Shown one piece after another: positions 11,371 to 24,761 of a stretch of 43,111 nucleotides of DNA. Both the position numbers and the translations under genes were made by a program. Location: NCBI RefSeq assembly GCF_006345805.1, contig NW_021835023.1, positions 1-43,111 on the forward strand, given 5' to 3'. A model generated the notes under the pieces. It ran no database searches. It had not been told where the DNA came from and worked only from the letters and a program-made list of their open reading frames with translations. How positions within the stretch are numbered: the first letter of the stretch is position 1; every line of letters begins with the position of its first letter. Origin of the DNA: Octopus sinensis. Its lineage: Eukaryota.

Positions 11371-14300
11371 ATATTAGGGAATAAATCCAAACTTACAGGG
11401 AAAATCAGATTTAGGATTGAATCCAATTTTATAGTAAAATATTATATTATATTAAATTAGAGACAAAACCACTATTAGGCAAATCAAACAATGAAAGACT
11501 TAAGCCAATACATAAATTAATTTATATTATTTAAATATGTAACAATTATTAAAAAATATAATTAATATCCACTACGATCGTTTCCTGTCTGCTGTCATCA
11601 AATTTTTGAGTCGCAATCATTCATCAGGTGGTTTCAAAATCTAAAATATAATCAATATTTTTAAGATATAAATAATATATATAATCTAAAATAATATTTA
11701 CTTATAATAAACTCTATTATTAATATGATTATAATCGAAATCGACTATAATGTTAAATATTAACTTTAATTTATAGGTAGAAAACCCATATTCTAATATC
11801 AATATTAGTCTATATCTAATTACATAGATATTTAAAATGACTAATATATATAAATTATCAATGAAAATATATATAAATATTATAATCAAGATCTAAAATA
11901 ATCTCTATAAACATTTGTATATAATGAAAAACTAATATATTTAATTTTTCATATTTAAAGATGAAATAGCTAATTTCAAAATACAAATAAACTAACTTAA
12001 ACTGACTTTCGAAATCTTATGTAAAATACTTATAGAAATATTCAATTCTTAGTAATATAGTATTAAATAAATACTATAAGTACTATAAACATAATTATGA
12101 ATGGGAATAATTATCTAATATAATTATCTTTAGTCGAAACATATCTAATTTTATCAAAGTTTATCTAATTTATTTAATATCTAATAACATAGAAAATTAC
12201 GATAATTAGATCATTACATCAACAACAATATGTACATAAGGAGAATATTATTACTCCTAAGGCTTATACAATATTAAAAATTAACAATTTGAAGATCTTA
12301 AAAGATACATACTTTTCTTGGCGAGTTTTAAACAATGAACTAATTTTGAATCAAAAACGTCTTATACAGCGTTTAAAAGAATACTCATAGAATTACGTTA
12401 TTAGCAAAAAAAAAAAAAATAGAATAAATTGTTGAGGAATTCTTTGCGCGTGAGGAACCTACGTTATTTAAAGAATATGAATGGAAAATTATATGTTTAT
12501 CATTGTAAAAAGAATGAATTCACAAATAAAGAATAAAATCTCTCTATACTATAATATTTATTAATAAAATAACTATGATAAATGAAACTTAATACAAAAT
12601 AAATTAAATGATTAAAAACCACTTATTATTAATATATTCTAAAAATCTTATAAGATTAATAAATACATAAAAATAATTTAATAGTAACCCCACTACATAT
12701 TATAAATTATTTCCCCATACCCTTATATCATAAGCTAAAATTAGTTGATCATAACAAATCTATATATACTAATCAAAATGTGTAGTATAACCATACATAC
12801 GTATACATAAATTAATAAGAAATATCCATACATATACATATACATATACATATATACACATATACACATATTCATACATATATATCATACACATATACAC
12901 ATACATACTCACATACATTCATATACATATATACACACATATATACACACACTTACACCCATACACATATGCACACTCATACATACATATACATACATAC
13001 AATACTCAATATATACACTTACACCAATATATACACAACCCACACACATACAAATAAATAAATGCATATACATATATATATAATATATATATATTAATAA
13101 TAATAATAAAATAATAAATATAGGGAATAAATCCAAAACTTAAAGGGAAAATAGATTTAGGATTGAATCCAATTTTATAGTAAAATATTATATTATATTA
13201 AATTAGAGACAAAACCACTATTAGGCAAATCAACAATGAAAGACTTAAGCCAATACATAAATTAATTTATATTATTTAAATATGTAACAATTATTAAAAA
13301 ATATAATTAATACCACTACGATCGTTCCTGTCTGCTTTCATCAAATTTTTGATTGAGTCCAATCATTCATCAGGTGGTTTCAAATCTAAAATATAATCAA
13401 TATTTTTAAGATATAAATAATATATATAATCTAAAATAATAATTTACTTATAATAAACTCTATTATTAAATATGATTATATCGAAATCGACTATAATGTT
13501 AAATATTAACTTTAATTATAAGGTAGTAGAAAACCCATATTCATATTAAATCAATATTAGTCTATATCTAATTACATAGATATTTAAAATGACTAATATA
13601 TATAAATTATCAATGAAAATATATATAAATATTATAATCAAGATCTAAAATAATCTCTATAAACATTGTATATAATGAAAAACAATATATTTAATTTTTC
13701 ATATTTAAAGATGAAATAGCTAATTTCAAAATACAAATAAACTAACTTAAACTGACTTTCGAAATCTTATGTAAAATACTTATAGAAATATTCAATTCTT
13801 AGTAATATAGTATAAATAAATACTATAAGTACTATAAACATAATTATGAATGGGAATAATTATCTAATATAATTATCTTAGTCGAAACATATCTAATTTT
13901 AATCAAAGTTTTATCTAATTTATTTAATATCTAATAACATAGAAAATTACGATAATTAGATCATTACATCAACAACAATATGTACATAAGGAGAAATTAT
14001 TACTCCTAAGCTTATACAATATTAAAAATTAACAATTGAAGATCTTAAAAGATACATACTTGTCTTGGCGAGTTTTAAACAATGAACTAATTTTGAATCA
14101 AAAACGTCTTATACAGCGTTTAAAAGAATACTCATAGAATTACGTTATTAGCAAAAAAAAAAAAAAATAATAATAAATTGTGAGGATTCTTTGCGCGCGT
14201 GAGGAACCTACGTATTTAAAGAATATGAATGGAAAATTATATGTTTATCATTGTAAAAAGAATGAATTCACAAATAAAGAATAAAATCTCTCTATACTAT

Positions 14301-14869
14301 AATATTTATTAATAAAATAACTATGATAAATGAAACTTAATACAAAATAAATTAAATGATTAAAAACCACTTATTATTAAATATATTCTAAAAATCTTAT
14401 AAGATTAATAAATACATAAAAATAAATTTATATAGTAACCCCACTACATATTATAAATTATTTCCCATACCCTTATATCATAAGCTAAAATTAGTGATCA
14501 TAACAAATCTATATATACTAATCAAAATGTGTAGTATAACCATACATACGTATACATAAATTAATAAGAAAATATCCATACATATACATATACATATACA
14601 TATATACACATATACACATATTCATACATATACATATACATACACATATACACATACATACTCACATACATTCATATACATATATACACAATATATACAC
14701 ACACTTACACCCATACATATGCACACTCATACATACATATACATACATACAATACTCAATATATACACTTACACCAATATATACACACCACACACATACA
14801 AATAAATAAATGCATATACATATATATATAATAATATACATACACACACATCATCAAATATACATATAT
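11371..14869. repeat. Tandem duplication of a ~1.75-kb very AT-rich unit
   Basis: Unit starts tagggaataaatcc at 11375 and 13121 (period ~1746). Copies are colinear and differ mostly by small indels. Confidence 0.92.
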
Positions 14870-17500
14870 ATGTATTGGCTTAAGTCTTTCATTGTTTGAT
14901 TTGCCTAATAGTGGTTTTGTCTCTAACTTAATATAATATAATATTTTACTATAAAATTGGATTCAATCCTAAATCTAATTTTCCCTGTAAGTTTGGATTT
15001 ATTCCCTAATATTTATTATTATTAATTAATATATTGATAAATTACGTATATTGAGTGTAATACCTCAACTTCGTAAATTATGGAATTTACAGGTAAGATA
15101 GAACCGCTATTTTGGAATTCATCATTGAAGGATATTCCAATACCCTCTAGAAAGGAATTTATTTTGAAACTTATTAATAATATTAAGGATTTTGTTTCTA
15201 GAATTAAATGGAAAGCTTACTATTATAACTATTATATATCTAATCTTAATGATAGTATGAATGATAATCTTACCTCTAATTTTAAATCCAAAAAGGAATC
15301 CCCATTTAATAGAGAATTACAAATATTAGAAGATAAATTTGGAAGGTGGTGAAAAATATTAAATTCATAATAATACCCAAACAGAAATAATGAATATTAA
15401 GAAATTTAGCAATTAGAATTAAAGATATGAGAAATATGGATGGTATTATAGTACAATCTGATAAAACTAGGAATCTATATAAATTGGATGTTAAATTATA
15501 TGATAACCTTTTAGAGAAAGAAATAATTAAAAAATATAAAATTGTTCCAGATAGTAAACTTTATAATATTAATAAGGCCTCTAAATTAGTAATGATAAAC
15601 TATGAATTGGATAATAAAACTGAACCTTATGTACCTATGCACCCCAGAATTACTCTGAAAGACCATAAAGATAATTTTTATTCAGACCCTAAAGTTAGAT
15701 TAATTTGTCCATGTAAATCTGACCTAGGTAAATTAAGTAAACTTATTTTAGATAAATATATTAATAAATTAAATAAACTTAATTACTTAAAATTATGGTT
15801 TAGTAATAATAATACTTTGAATTGGTTTAATAATATTAAAGATAAAAATCGTTATAAATTTATTCAAATAGATATAGATAATTACTATTCTTCTATTAAT
15901 GAAATTGTGTTTAATAAGGCCCTTATTTTTGCAATGAATAAAGTGGGAATGACATTTGAAGAAGTTAATGTAATTAAAATGGCTAGGAAATCGCTCATTA
16001 AAAATAAAAAATAAATTATGGGCTAGGAAAGATACTAGGGATTTTTTTTGATATACCTATGGGAGCACCTGATTCTGCACAAGCTACGGATTTAGTAGGT
16101 ATTTATCTTTTATCTGAACTCCAATTCGAAAATTTAAAGATAGAGGGTGGTTTATATAGGGATGACCTTCTACTAATTACTAAGAATTGCACTAATAGGA
16201 ACCTAGAAGTATATAAGAAAAAACTTTATAGTTTCTTTAAAAGATATGGTTTAAGTATCACTATATATAATGAGAATTTTAATGTTAATCATAAAATTAA
16301 TGAGAACCTTAGATATATAAATGTTAATAGTAATCACCCACCATCAATTAAAAAATCGTTGATTAATAATATAAGTAAACGTATATCGTTACTTTTTTAT
16401 GATATAGAGATTTTTAATAAACATGCTCCTTATTATAATGAGGCCCTTAGAGAGGCAGGTTATAATAGTAATATTAAATTTTATATTAAAAATAATGATA
16501 AAGATATAACTAATAATTTTAGAGATAAAAATATTAATAATAATTATAATAATTTTGTTAGTAATAGTGGTAAAAATATTAGAAATTATAAATTTTAAAA
16601 TAATATAAATAAAAATAAGAATAAAAATAAAAATAAAAATAAAAATAATAATAATAATAATAAAAATAAAAATAAAATTAATAACTTTAATAATTCTTTA
16701 AATGTTGTACATAAATATAAATCTGATAATAATAATAATAATAATAATATGATAAAGAAATATAATTACAACAATAATAATGACAGTTTTAATAATAAGA
16801 AGGTAAATAAGAATAAAATTTGGTTAATAGTTCCTTATGGTGCTCAAGTTAAAACGAACATTATTAAAGAGATTTTAGATATTATTGAACTATTTATTCG
16901 AGATAATCGTAAATATAAAAACATTTTCTCTAGTAATAATTTTGGAGTAGGTTATTCCACCACTAATAGTGTAGGTAACATTATTTCTTCTTTTAACAAA
17001 TTTAAACTGAATAATTTTTATAAAAATAAATTATTTAATAATACCAATAATAAAGACAAGACACTAATTAACTGTACATGTAGAAATAAATCTAAATGTA
17101 AATTAAATAATAAATGTGATATTAATGATGTAGTGTATAAATGTATAGTTACATTACATGATAAGAATTTTAAGAATAATAATAACTCAAACGTGATATA
17201 TATAGGGTCCACTTCCTCTAACATAAAATTAAGAATCGCACAACATTTGTATTCATTTAAAAATAAAAACTTAATCAACTCCACTGGACTTAGCAAGTAC
17301 ATTTGGAGACTTAAATCCCAAAATATTAATTATAATTTATCTTGGGAAATAATTAGTAAAACTAAATCATATACTATAGGAGCGAAATTTTGTTATTTGT
17401 GCTCTAATGAGTTTAAGGAAATTTTATTTGATTAGCATGATAATTTACTGAATACCTGTGATGAGCGCAAAATAAATGCAGACACAAGTTACTTTACTTA
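14870..17500 (+). mobile_element. Near full-length Penelope-like element (RT + GIY-YIG), disrupted
   Basis: ORF pieces 15080-15352, 15427-16014, 16059-16598 and 16749-17435 carry IQIDIDNYYSSI, MGAPDSAQATDLVG, GGLYRDDLL, YINVNSNHPPSIKK, CTCRNKSKCKLNNKC, VVYKC...IYIGSTSS. KCRHK follows near 17490. Frameshifts near 15350-15420 and 16015; in-frame stops at 16596 and 17433. Confidence 0.92.
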
Positions 17501-17867
17501 TATAATAAGTTTCTTGATAAATAATAATTATTTATTAGCCTAAATTAGATCCCTATTTATTGGTTTATGTTCTAGTATTATAAACATACTAAGTGATTTG
17601 TAGTACATATTATAATAGATTATTTTAGTTATTTAGGTTTTGTTTTTAATTATAGTTAGATTATAGAAATTACTGAAGTAATAAAATGGCTACGAACATG
17701 ATATACGCATGATCCGTTTGGCATAAAAGATGTGTTAAATATTCCAGCTGTAACTCCTCGCCTTCTATTTAAACTTTGCATATTCATGACATGACATCAT
17801 GTGTTATATATCCGTTTAAAATCGTTAAGGAACGTTGCGAGGAAGAGTTCGCTGTTAATTGTATGGT

Positions 17868-18255
17868 GGAAGCACTCCGTCGGTTACGACGATGAGGGTT
17901 CCGGTTGATCCGAATCAACGGAACAGCCTGCTCGTGAAATTAACGTGTAAGTGGCTGAGCACTCCACAGACACGTGTACCCTTAGGGTAGTTCTCGGGGA
18001 TATTCACGCGTGACACAGAGAGTGACAAGGTCGGCCTTTGAAATACAGGTACAACAGAACCAGGAAGTAAGAGTGATGAGAAAGTTGTGGTGTGAAGAAA
18101 GAGTACAGCAGGATCATCACCATCCCATGCCGGAGCCTCGTGGAACTTTTAGGTGTTTTCGCTCAATAAACACTCACAACGCCCGGTCTAGGAAACGAAA
18201 CCGTGATCGTATGACCGCGTGTCCGCTGCCCTAACCACTGGGCCATTGCGCCTCC
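17868..18255 (-). mobile_element. tRNA-derived SINE family B
   Basis: Head GGCGCAATGGCCCAGTGGTTAGGGCAGCGGAC...GGTTTCG; tail ...CGTAACCGACGGAGTGCTTCC shared with the 30007 copy. Confidence 0.85.
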
Positions 18256-18513
18256 ACTTACTGTTAATTGTAACAGGTAACACAAACGCATACAGGTAAT
18301 TTATAATATTGGTTTCAAATTTTCGCACAAGGCCAGCAAATTCGGGAGTGGGGGAGGAGTGAGATGATTACATCGGACCACGTGCAACAGTACTACGAAA
18401 GGATGAAATGCTAAGTCGAGCTCGGTGGATTTCGAACCCACAATGTAAACACAGAAAAAATGCCGCTAAGCCTTTCGGCCGGTAAGCTGATAATTGGGCC
18501 GGCTCACCGTCTT

Positions 18514-18779
18514 AATAATAATAATAATAATAATAATAATATAATAATAATAATAATGATATAATAATAATAATCATAATGATAATACTAATAATGATCA
18601 TATAATAATAATAATGAAAACAATAATAATAATAATAATAATAATGATAAAAATAATGATAATAATAATCAAATAATAATAATAATAATAATAATATTGA
18701 TGATGATAATAATAATAATACTAATAATAATATTAATAATAATGAGATAATAATGATAATAATAAATTATAATATAATG

Positions 18780-18814
<35 letters not shown>

Positions 18815-18848
18815 TAATAATGATGATGATGATTGATAATAATAACAC

Positions 18849-18910
<62 letters not shown>

Positions 18911-19319
18911 TAATAATGATGGTGATAATAATAATAATAATAATGATGATGATAATAATAATAATAATAATGATAATAATAATAATAATAATGATAATAA
19001 TAAAATAATAATAATAATAATAATAATGATATGATAATGATAATAATAATAATAATAAGATGATATGATGATGATATAATAAAATAATAAAATAATAATA
19101 ATTAATAATAATGAAATGATAATAATAATCAATAATAATAATAATGATGATGATAATGAAATAATAAATAATCATAATAATAATAATATAATGATGTGAT
19201 GATGATAATAATAATAATAATAATGATAATAATAATAATAATAATACAATAATAATATGATAATGATAATAATAATAATAATAGTAATAATAATAATAAT
19301 AATAATAATGATGATGATG

Positions 19320-19363
<44 letters not shown>

Positions 19364-19376
19364 TAATAATAATAAA
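18514..19376. repeat. Interrupted (AAT)n/(GAT)n microsatellite, ~860 bp
   Basis: Directly visible. Confidence 0.97.
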
Positions 19377-20110
19377 TGCCCTGATGCAGTACCAGACAGG
19401 GGCTCTCAGACTTCTGATCTAACTGATGGAAGTGTTATGTTATGTACGTTGTTTTGTCTTGGTATATAAAGATGGGCTACAGCAAATATTCTGCTCAATA
19501 CCACAGATTTGCTTTTTAGTTGCTTGACCTCAACCGTTGAGCATCTCCCTTGGTAGCTGACGATATGTACATCTCTGATCATGAGCAGAAGTAGTGGGGG
19601 AGCATCATAGCCATGTGTTGAGAGGGATTATTTGGGCCCTCATTCATGGCTCTCATGGCTTCTGATCTTAACTGATTGGAAGTGTTATCATGTACATTGT
19701 TTTGTCTTGATATAAAAGATGGGCTACAGCAAATATTCTGCTCAATACCATAGATTTGCTTGTCAGTTGTTTGACCTTAACCAGTTGATCATGTCTCTTG
19801 GTAGCTGACGATATGTACATCTCTGATCACGAGCAGAAGTAGTGGGGGAGCATCATAGCCATGTGTTGAGAGGGATTCTTTGGGGTTTGAATAATTCACC
19901 TCTGGAAATATGGGTGTTTTCTTCAACATCCTTAAACAAACCTTATTCAGCGACCTTTTGAGCAAGATGGGTTACTCGACCAGGAGAAAATTCTAACTGG
20001 GCCCCACCTGTTGTTTATCTTGATATGAGATCACCGTGTCGCACACATATGGTTGTGATGTATGTGCCTGGTGTACCCTTATCACGATGGGTACATTGGG
20101 CTTCGTATAT
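19377..20110 (-). mobile_element. Family C copy with an internal ~240-bp duplication
   Basis: Reverse complement of family C next to a long (AAT)n tract. The block ggctctc...gagaggga appears twice. Confidence 0.82.
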
Positions 20111-20111
20111 T

Positions 20112-20685
20112 TTACCCCAGTAAAAGCTTTGGGCTCTTGAAACCCGGGCTGTTGCGGAAGCTGGTCCTGAAGTGTGATGGTATTGCTGGGATATTTGGCA
20201 CTATGCAGTTTCGTCCCGTTTTAGCATTGGTGTAGCTTACAATGCCAAAATTTGGCACAATTCCTTCCAGGATCTTCCAGACATATATTACTGTATACCT
20301 CTCCCGTCTTCTCTCCAGGGAGTAGAATCTTAGCTGTTTCAACCTTTCCCTGTTGCTGAGCTGTTGCAAAGAGATGATCTTCTTTGTGAATCTTCTCTGG
20401 ATTGCTTCAAGGTCCGCTGTTAATTTTACACTGGTGGGTGACCATAGCTGTGAGCAGTTATCCAGGCGGCCGAGGACGAATGTCCGCCAGAGGACCATCA
20501 TGGTTTCCTTATCTCTGGTTCTGAATGTTCTTAGGATCCACCCAGCCAGTCGGCTGCACTTTGTCGCCATCCTGGTAATGTGCACTTGGAAAGAGGTATT
20601 ATCACTCATGTCGGTACCCAGGTCCCTCACAGACTTAGGCTCTGGGATATAAATTCCCTGTGGACCGGTGTATCCTGTCCTTAAG
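20112..20685 (-). pseudogene. CR1/L2-group LINE ORF2 C-terminal fragment
   Basis: VRDLG...GWILRTF...LDNCSQLWSP...LEAIQRRFTKKI...RLKQLRFYSLERRRER..IYVWKILEG. Confidence 0.9.
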
Positions 20686-20747
20686 GAAGTGGAAATGTTT
20701 ATGTTAAGTATAAATGGAAATGTGTGTTATAAATACTGCATAAATGA

Positions 20748-20785
<38 letters not shown>

Positions 20786-20963
20786 TACACACGAAAATAT
20801 ACACACAAAAAAATCCATACATACATGATTATATAGATATATATAAATAATTATACAGCTTGTATGCTTGGTTATATGTTTATATATATATATATAATAA
20901 ACGACCAGGATTTAAACTTCGAAGTCACTATTTATATATATATATATATAATATATAGATCTA

Positions 20964-21027
<64 letters not shown>

Positions 21028-21270
21028 TGTCTGTTGCGTTTACATTCATTCCTTCGAGCAAGAACTCTAATGCACCGCTTAGTTTTTCCTTGGGGCTGGC
21101 CAAGTTGGAGCAAATATCAAATAAACAGCCGAAATTTGCCATGATGATTCGGTTTCTGACTGAAGATTGAAGGCTTCGAATGACTTGTCTGTTTCCAGTG
21201 TCGTCACTTCGGTATTTCACGTTCTGTATAATAAATTTTTATTCCTATACATATATATATATATAATATA

Positions 21271-21308
<38 letters not shown>

Positions 21309-21582
21309 TAAATAAATATAAATAATATATAAATATATTCATTATATACATACATATTTGTACATACCTACATATATATGTATATATACATGCATATATG
21401 GGTATATATAAATGTATATAATACAAAATAAGAAAATGGAGAAACAATTTAGTTTGTTCATCAACTTTCGGATATTAGAATGTTGAATTATTTATTCATT
21501 TAACAAAATGATAACCTTAATAAAATAGATATATCTTATAATTCAATACATATATATGTATATATATATATATATGTGTTTA

Positions 21583-21984
21583 AATGAAAGAATGGAGTTG
21601 AACGACGATTTAACAAAATTCCTTCATTCTCGACATATGTTTCGAAGACTGCATATTCCTAATTCCGAAGGAATAAAGGGTGCATTATGCCGCCTTCTTA
21701 TCAGGAAAGACAAGGAACTTATGCCAGCATCATGACGAATAAAAACTTTTAGATGACTGCCCACACGGAGTCCATAGTGATGAGTGATTCTTTAAAATAT
21801 TCCGTTATAAGCAGTGACGTCAAAATTGGTCATGATGCTGACGTAAGTTCCTTGTCTTTCCTGATTGAGAAGGCGGCATAATGCACCCTTTATTCCTTCG
21901 GAATTAGGAATATGCACTCTTCGAAACATATGTCGAGAATGAAGGAATTATGTTAAATCGTCGTTGAAACTCCATTCTTTCATT
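21583..21984. repeat. ~155-bp inverted repeat with a 92-bp spacer; each arm carries a hammerhead-like motif
   Basis: 21583-21736 is the reverse complement of 21829-21984 with few mismatches. Arm motif: CTGAT(TG/A)A-GAAG...CTTC-GAAAC-ATAT-GTC. Confidence 0.9.
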
Positions 21985-22283
21985 CATTATAGTTAAAAAA
22001 CACACACAAATTTCCACACGAAAGCACGTGATCTCTACCGTTGGCATGTAGCTTCAACCGTGTTTTCTGACGTGAATTTGCTACCGGTATCGGTTAACTG
22101 AATTATCCTACTAGGATAATTCATTTCAACTACTTATATATATATATATATATATAATTATTATAATATATATATATATTTATAATATATATATATATAT
22201 GATATATATATATATATAATATATGTATATATATATATACATATATATATATGCTGTATGTATGTATGTATGTATGTAATGTA

Positions 22284-22348
<65 letters not shown>

Positions 22349-23488
22349 TATATATAGATTATCAAAGTAAGCAACAAGAATATCTTTTGTAATTTGGCAC
22401 GATTATTTATTAAACATTGTAAGCATTACATCAGATTTAAAATGTTGAGCAATCATCAGCCATTCATAGAGCTTTTTCATCAATACATATACTTATTTCC
22501 ATGTTAATTGATAACATTATAAGGAGGGTAGATATACAGACAGAGACGTTGATTATTTGAATGTAAGAACATTAAGGTGTTAGAATTATCTTCTGACTGA
22601 AGACTTCCTTTAGTTATATTGATCTGCTAGTGAGGGAGGGGGGGTATCGGTTGAATGAAGACAAAAGAGATTTTCTATTTATAGATATAGGAAGGGGTGA
22701 AATAAAGGAAGTTAAAGAGGTAGGGGGTTTATAGACTAATATTGTCTTAGAGGTTGTTTACTACTATTTGGCAAACAGATTTTGTATCAAGAAAACTAGG
22801 ACAATACTCAGCATAATTCAATCTCAGAATGAGATTGAAACAGTAATCGCTCGATAATGTAAAGTATAGAAGCCATCTTATCATGGCTAACCACATAGGG
22901 GAGGGGAGTTACTGTAGCTTTATAGCCCCAAGAGATCGTCGTCTCTAGCTGGCTTTAGAAACCATTTCAGTGCCATTGAAGTATTTGCAAAGGGAGGCCA
23001 TCCCTTCCTCGAAAGCCTGAGTGATACGCTCGGATTAGTTTTCGGATATTTGTCCCTTGATGGCCTCTATACTTACATAGACAATACTAAATGGTCACAA
23101 TAGCCATCTGTATACTACCAGTTATAGAAAAATCAGAGATTCTTTTACACTTATACCAACATATACATGTATGCATCCGCATTAATATATGCCATCATAC
23201 TTGGCCATTAATGTGTGATTATTTTGATAAGTTGGATTAAAAAGAGAATGTTATATCTAATTTACTAAGTTTGGAGAAAAAACCTATGATTATTTAGTAT
23301 ATATATTATGAATAGGCATAATATTTAATAACCGAGGACAAGACTCTTATTAATTAAGTGTATATATTAGGAGTTAATAATATTATTAGAAAAAATGGAA
23401 GCGGGGGGGGGGAGGAATCATAATCTGTTAGACATATATATAATATATATATATATAATATATATATATAATATATATATATATATAT

Positions 23489-23527
<39 letters not shown>

Positions 23528-24153
23528 TATATATAGTATAATGTATATATATATATATATGTATATTATAATATATAATATATGATATATATGTATGTAT
23601 GCATGTATGTATGTATGTATGTATGTATGTATGTATGTATGTATGTATGTATGTATGTATGTATGTATGTAGCATATATATATGATTTATATATATATAT
23701 CTATATATATATGTAAATGTATGTGCATGTGCGTATGTATATGTGTGCGTGCATATGTACATGGATGTATTTGCGTGTATGTGAGTGTGTGCTTGAATAC
23801 GGATATCAGTGTGTGTGTGTGTGTCTGTCTGTCTGTGTGTTTGTGTGTGTGTGTGCTTGAATATGTCTGTGTCTGTGTGTGTGTGTTTGTGCGTGTGTGT
23901 TTGCTTAAATACGTCTCTGTGTGTGTGTGTGTGTGTGTGTGTATCTATGTGTGTGTGTCTGTGTGTCTGTGTTACTTCAATCATCTAAATACACAAATTC
24001 GTGCAAGTCTTCGGATTACAGAAATGGCAATTCAAAAACGAGAAGAGACTGAAGCAAATCGATTAGTCATTAAAATCACATTAAAATCACATTAAAATCA
24101 TTAAAATCAAATTAAATTTCCATTAAAAACAATTTGAAGCATTCCAGTTTTCA

Positions 24154-24662
24154 TTAAGTAACACACTGTATCTTGGTTTGATCCCAGGTTTGGCAGTTTT
24201 CACACATCCTTAGTCGATAATCTGTGCCTGCACCACACACTATAAAATAGGTACTATTAAGTGGGTGAGGTTGAAACTGGCCGTTAGTGTTAGCTCCACA
24301 CACACTAACGCTCGGATCAAGTGTCACGCAAGTCATAATACTTGGATTCCAGCTTAGCCCTGGGGGACAAGGCATTTCAAACATCTGACCCCATTGACTA
24401 CATTGTATGAATTTTGAAAGGGTTTCTGGATGAGGAAAATAAAATGGCGTTTGGTTATAGATGCAGGGTTTAGGAGGCAAAGCGATGCCTTGAACGGGTT
24501 TACATGTCTTCAGCGGTGCAATAAAAATTTCCTTTCCAACACACAAGACGATGGTCAGCTTCCCTGTCGAATCGCATGCAAAGTACTTTCCAGCTTGATT
24601 AGGGTAGGGGAAAAAAAATTGTCCCTTTTGGCGAGTTTCACTTGTGCACGGATATTGAATAT
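24154..24662 (-). CDS. Coding exon 6: three chitin-binding type-2-like repeats and stop
   Basis: Acceptor ttcttttctttcag|. Three repeats of C-x-FP(Y/H)P-x-(K/T)(Y/F)F-x-C-x10-C-x12-C; best example [37 protein letters not shown]. Confidence 0.88.
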
Positions 24663-24701
24663 CTGAAAGAAAAGAACGAAAGTGCTTAATGGTAAAAATC
24701 G

Positions 24702-24761
<60 letters not shown>

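Noticed and set aside
12190-12390. Open stretch ...KDTYFSWRVLNNELILNQKRL resembling an L1/Tx1 zf-RVT region
   Set aside because: Single weak motif in very AT-rich DNA, with no downstream CxxC seen.
21155-21200. CTGAAGA...GAAT hammerhead-like string
   Set aside because: No workable stems and no GAAA core. Similar weak strings at ~5757, ~17672 and ~26350 were rejected for the same reason.
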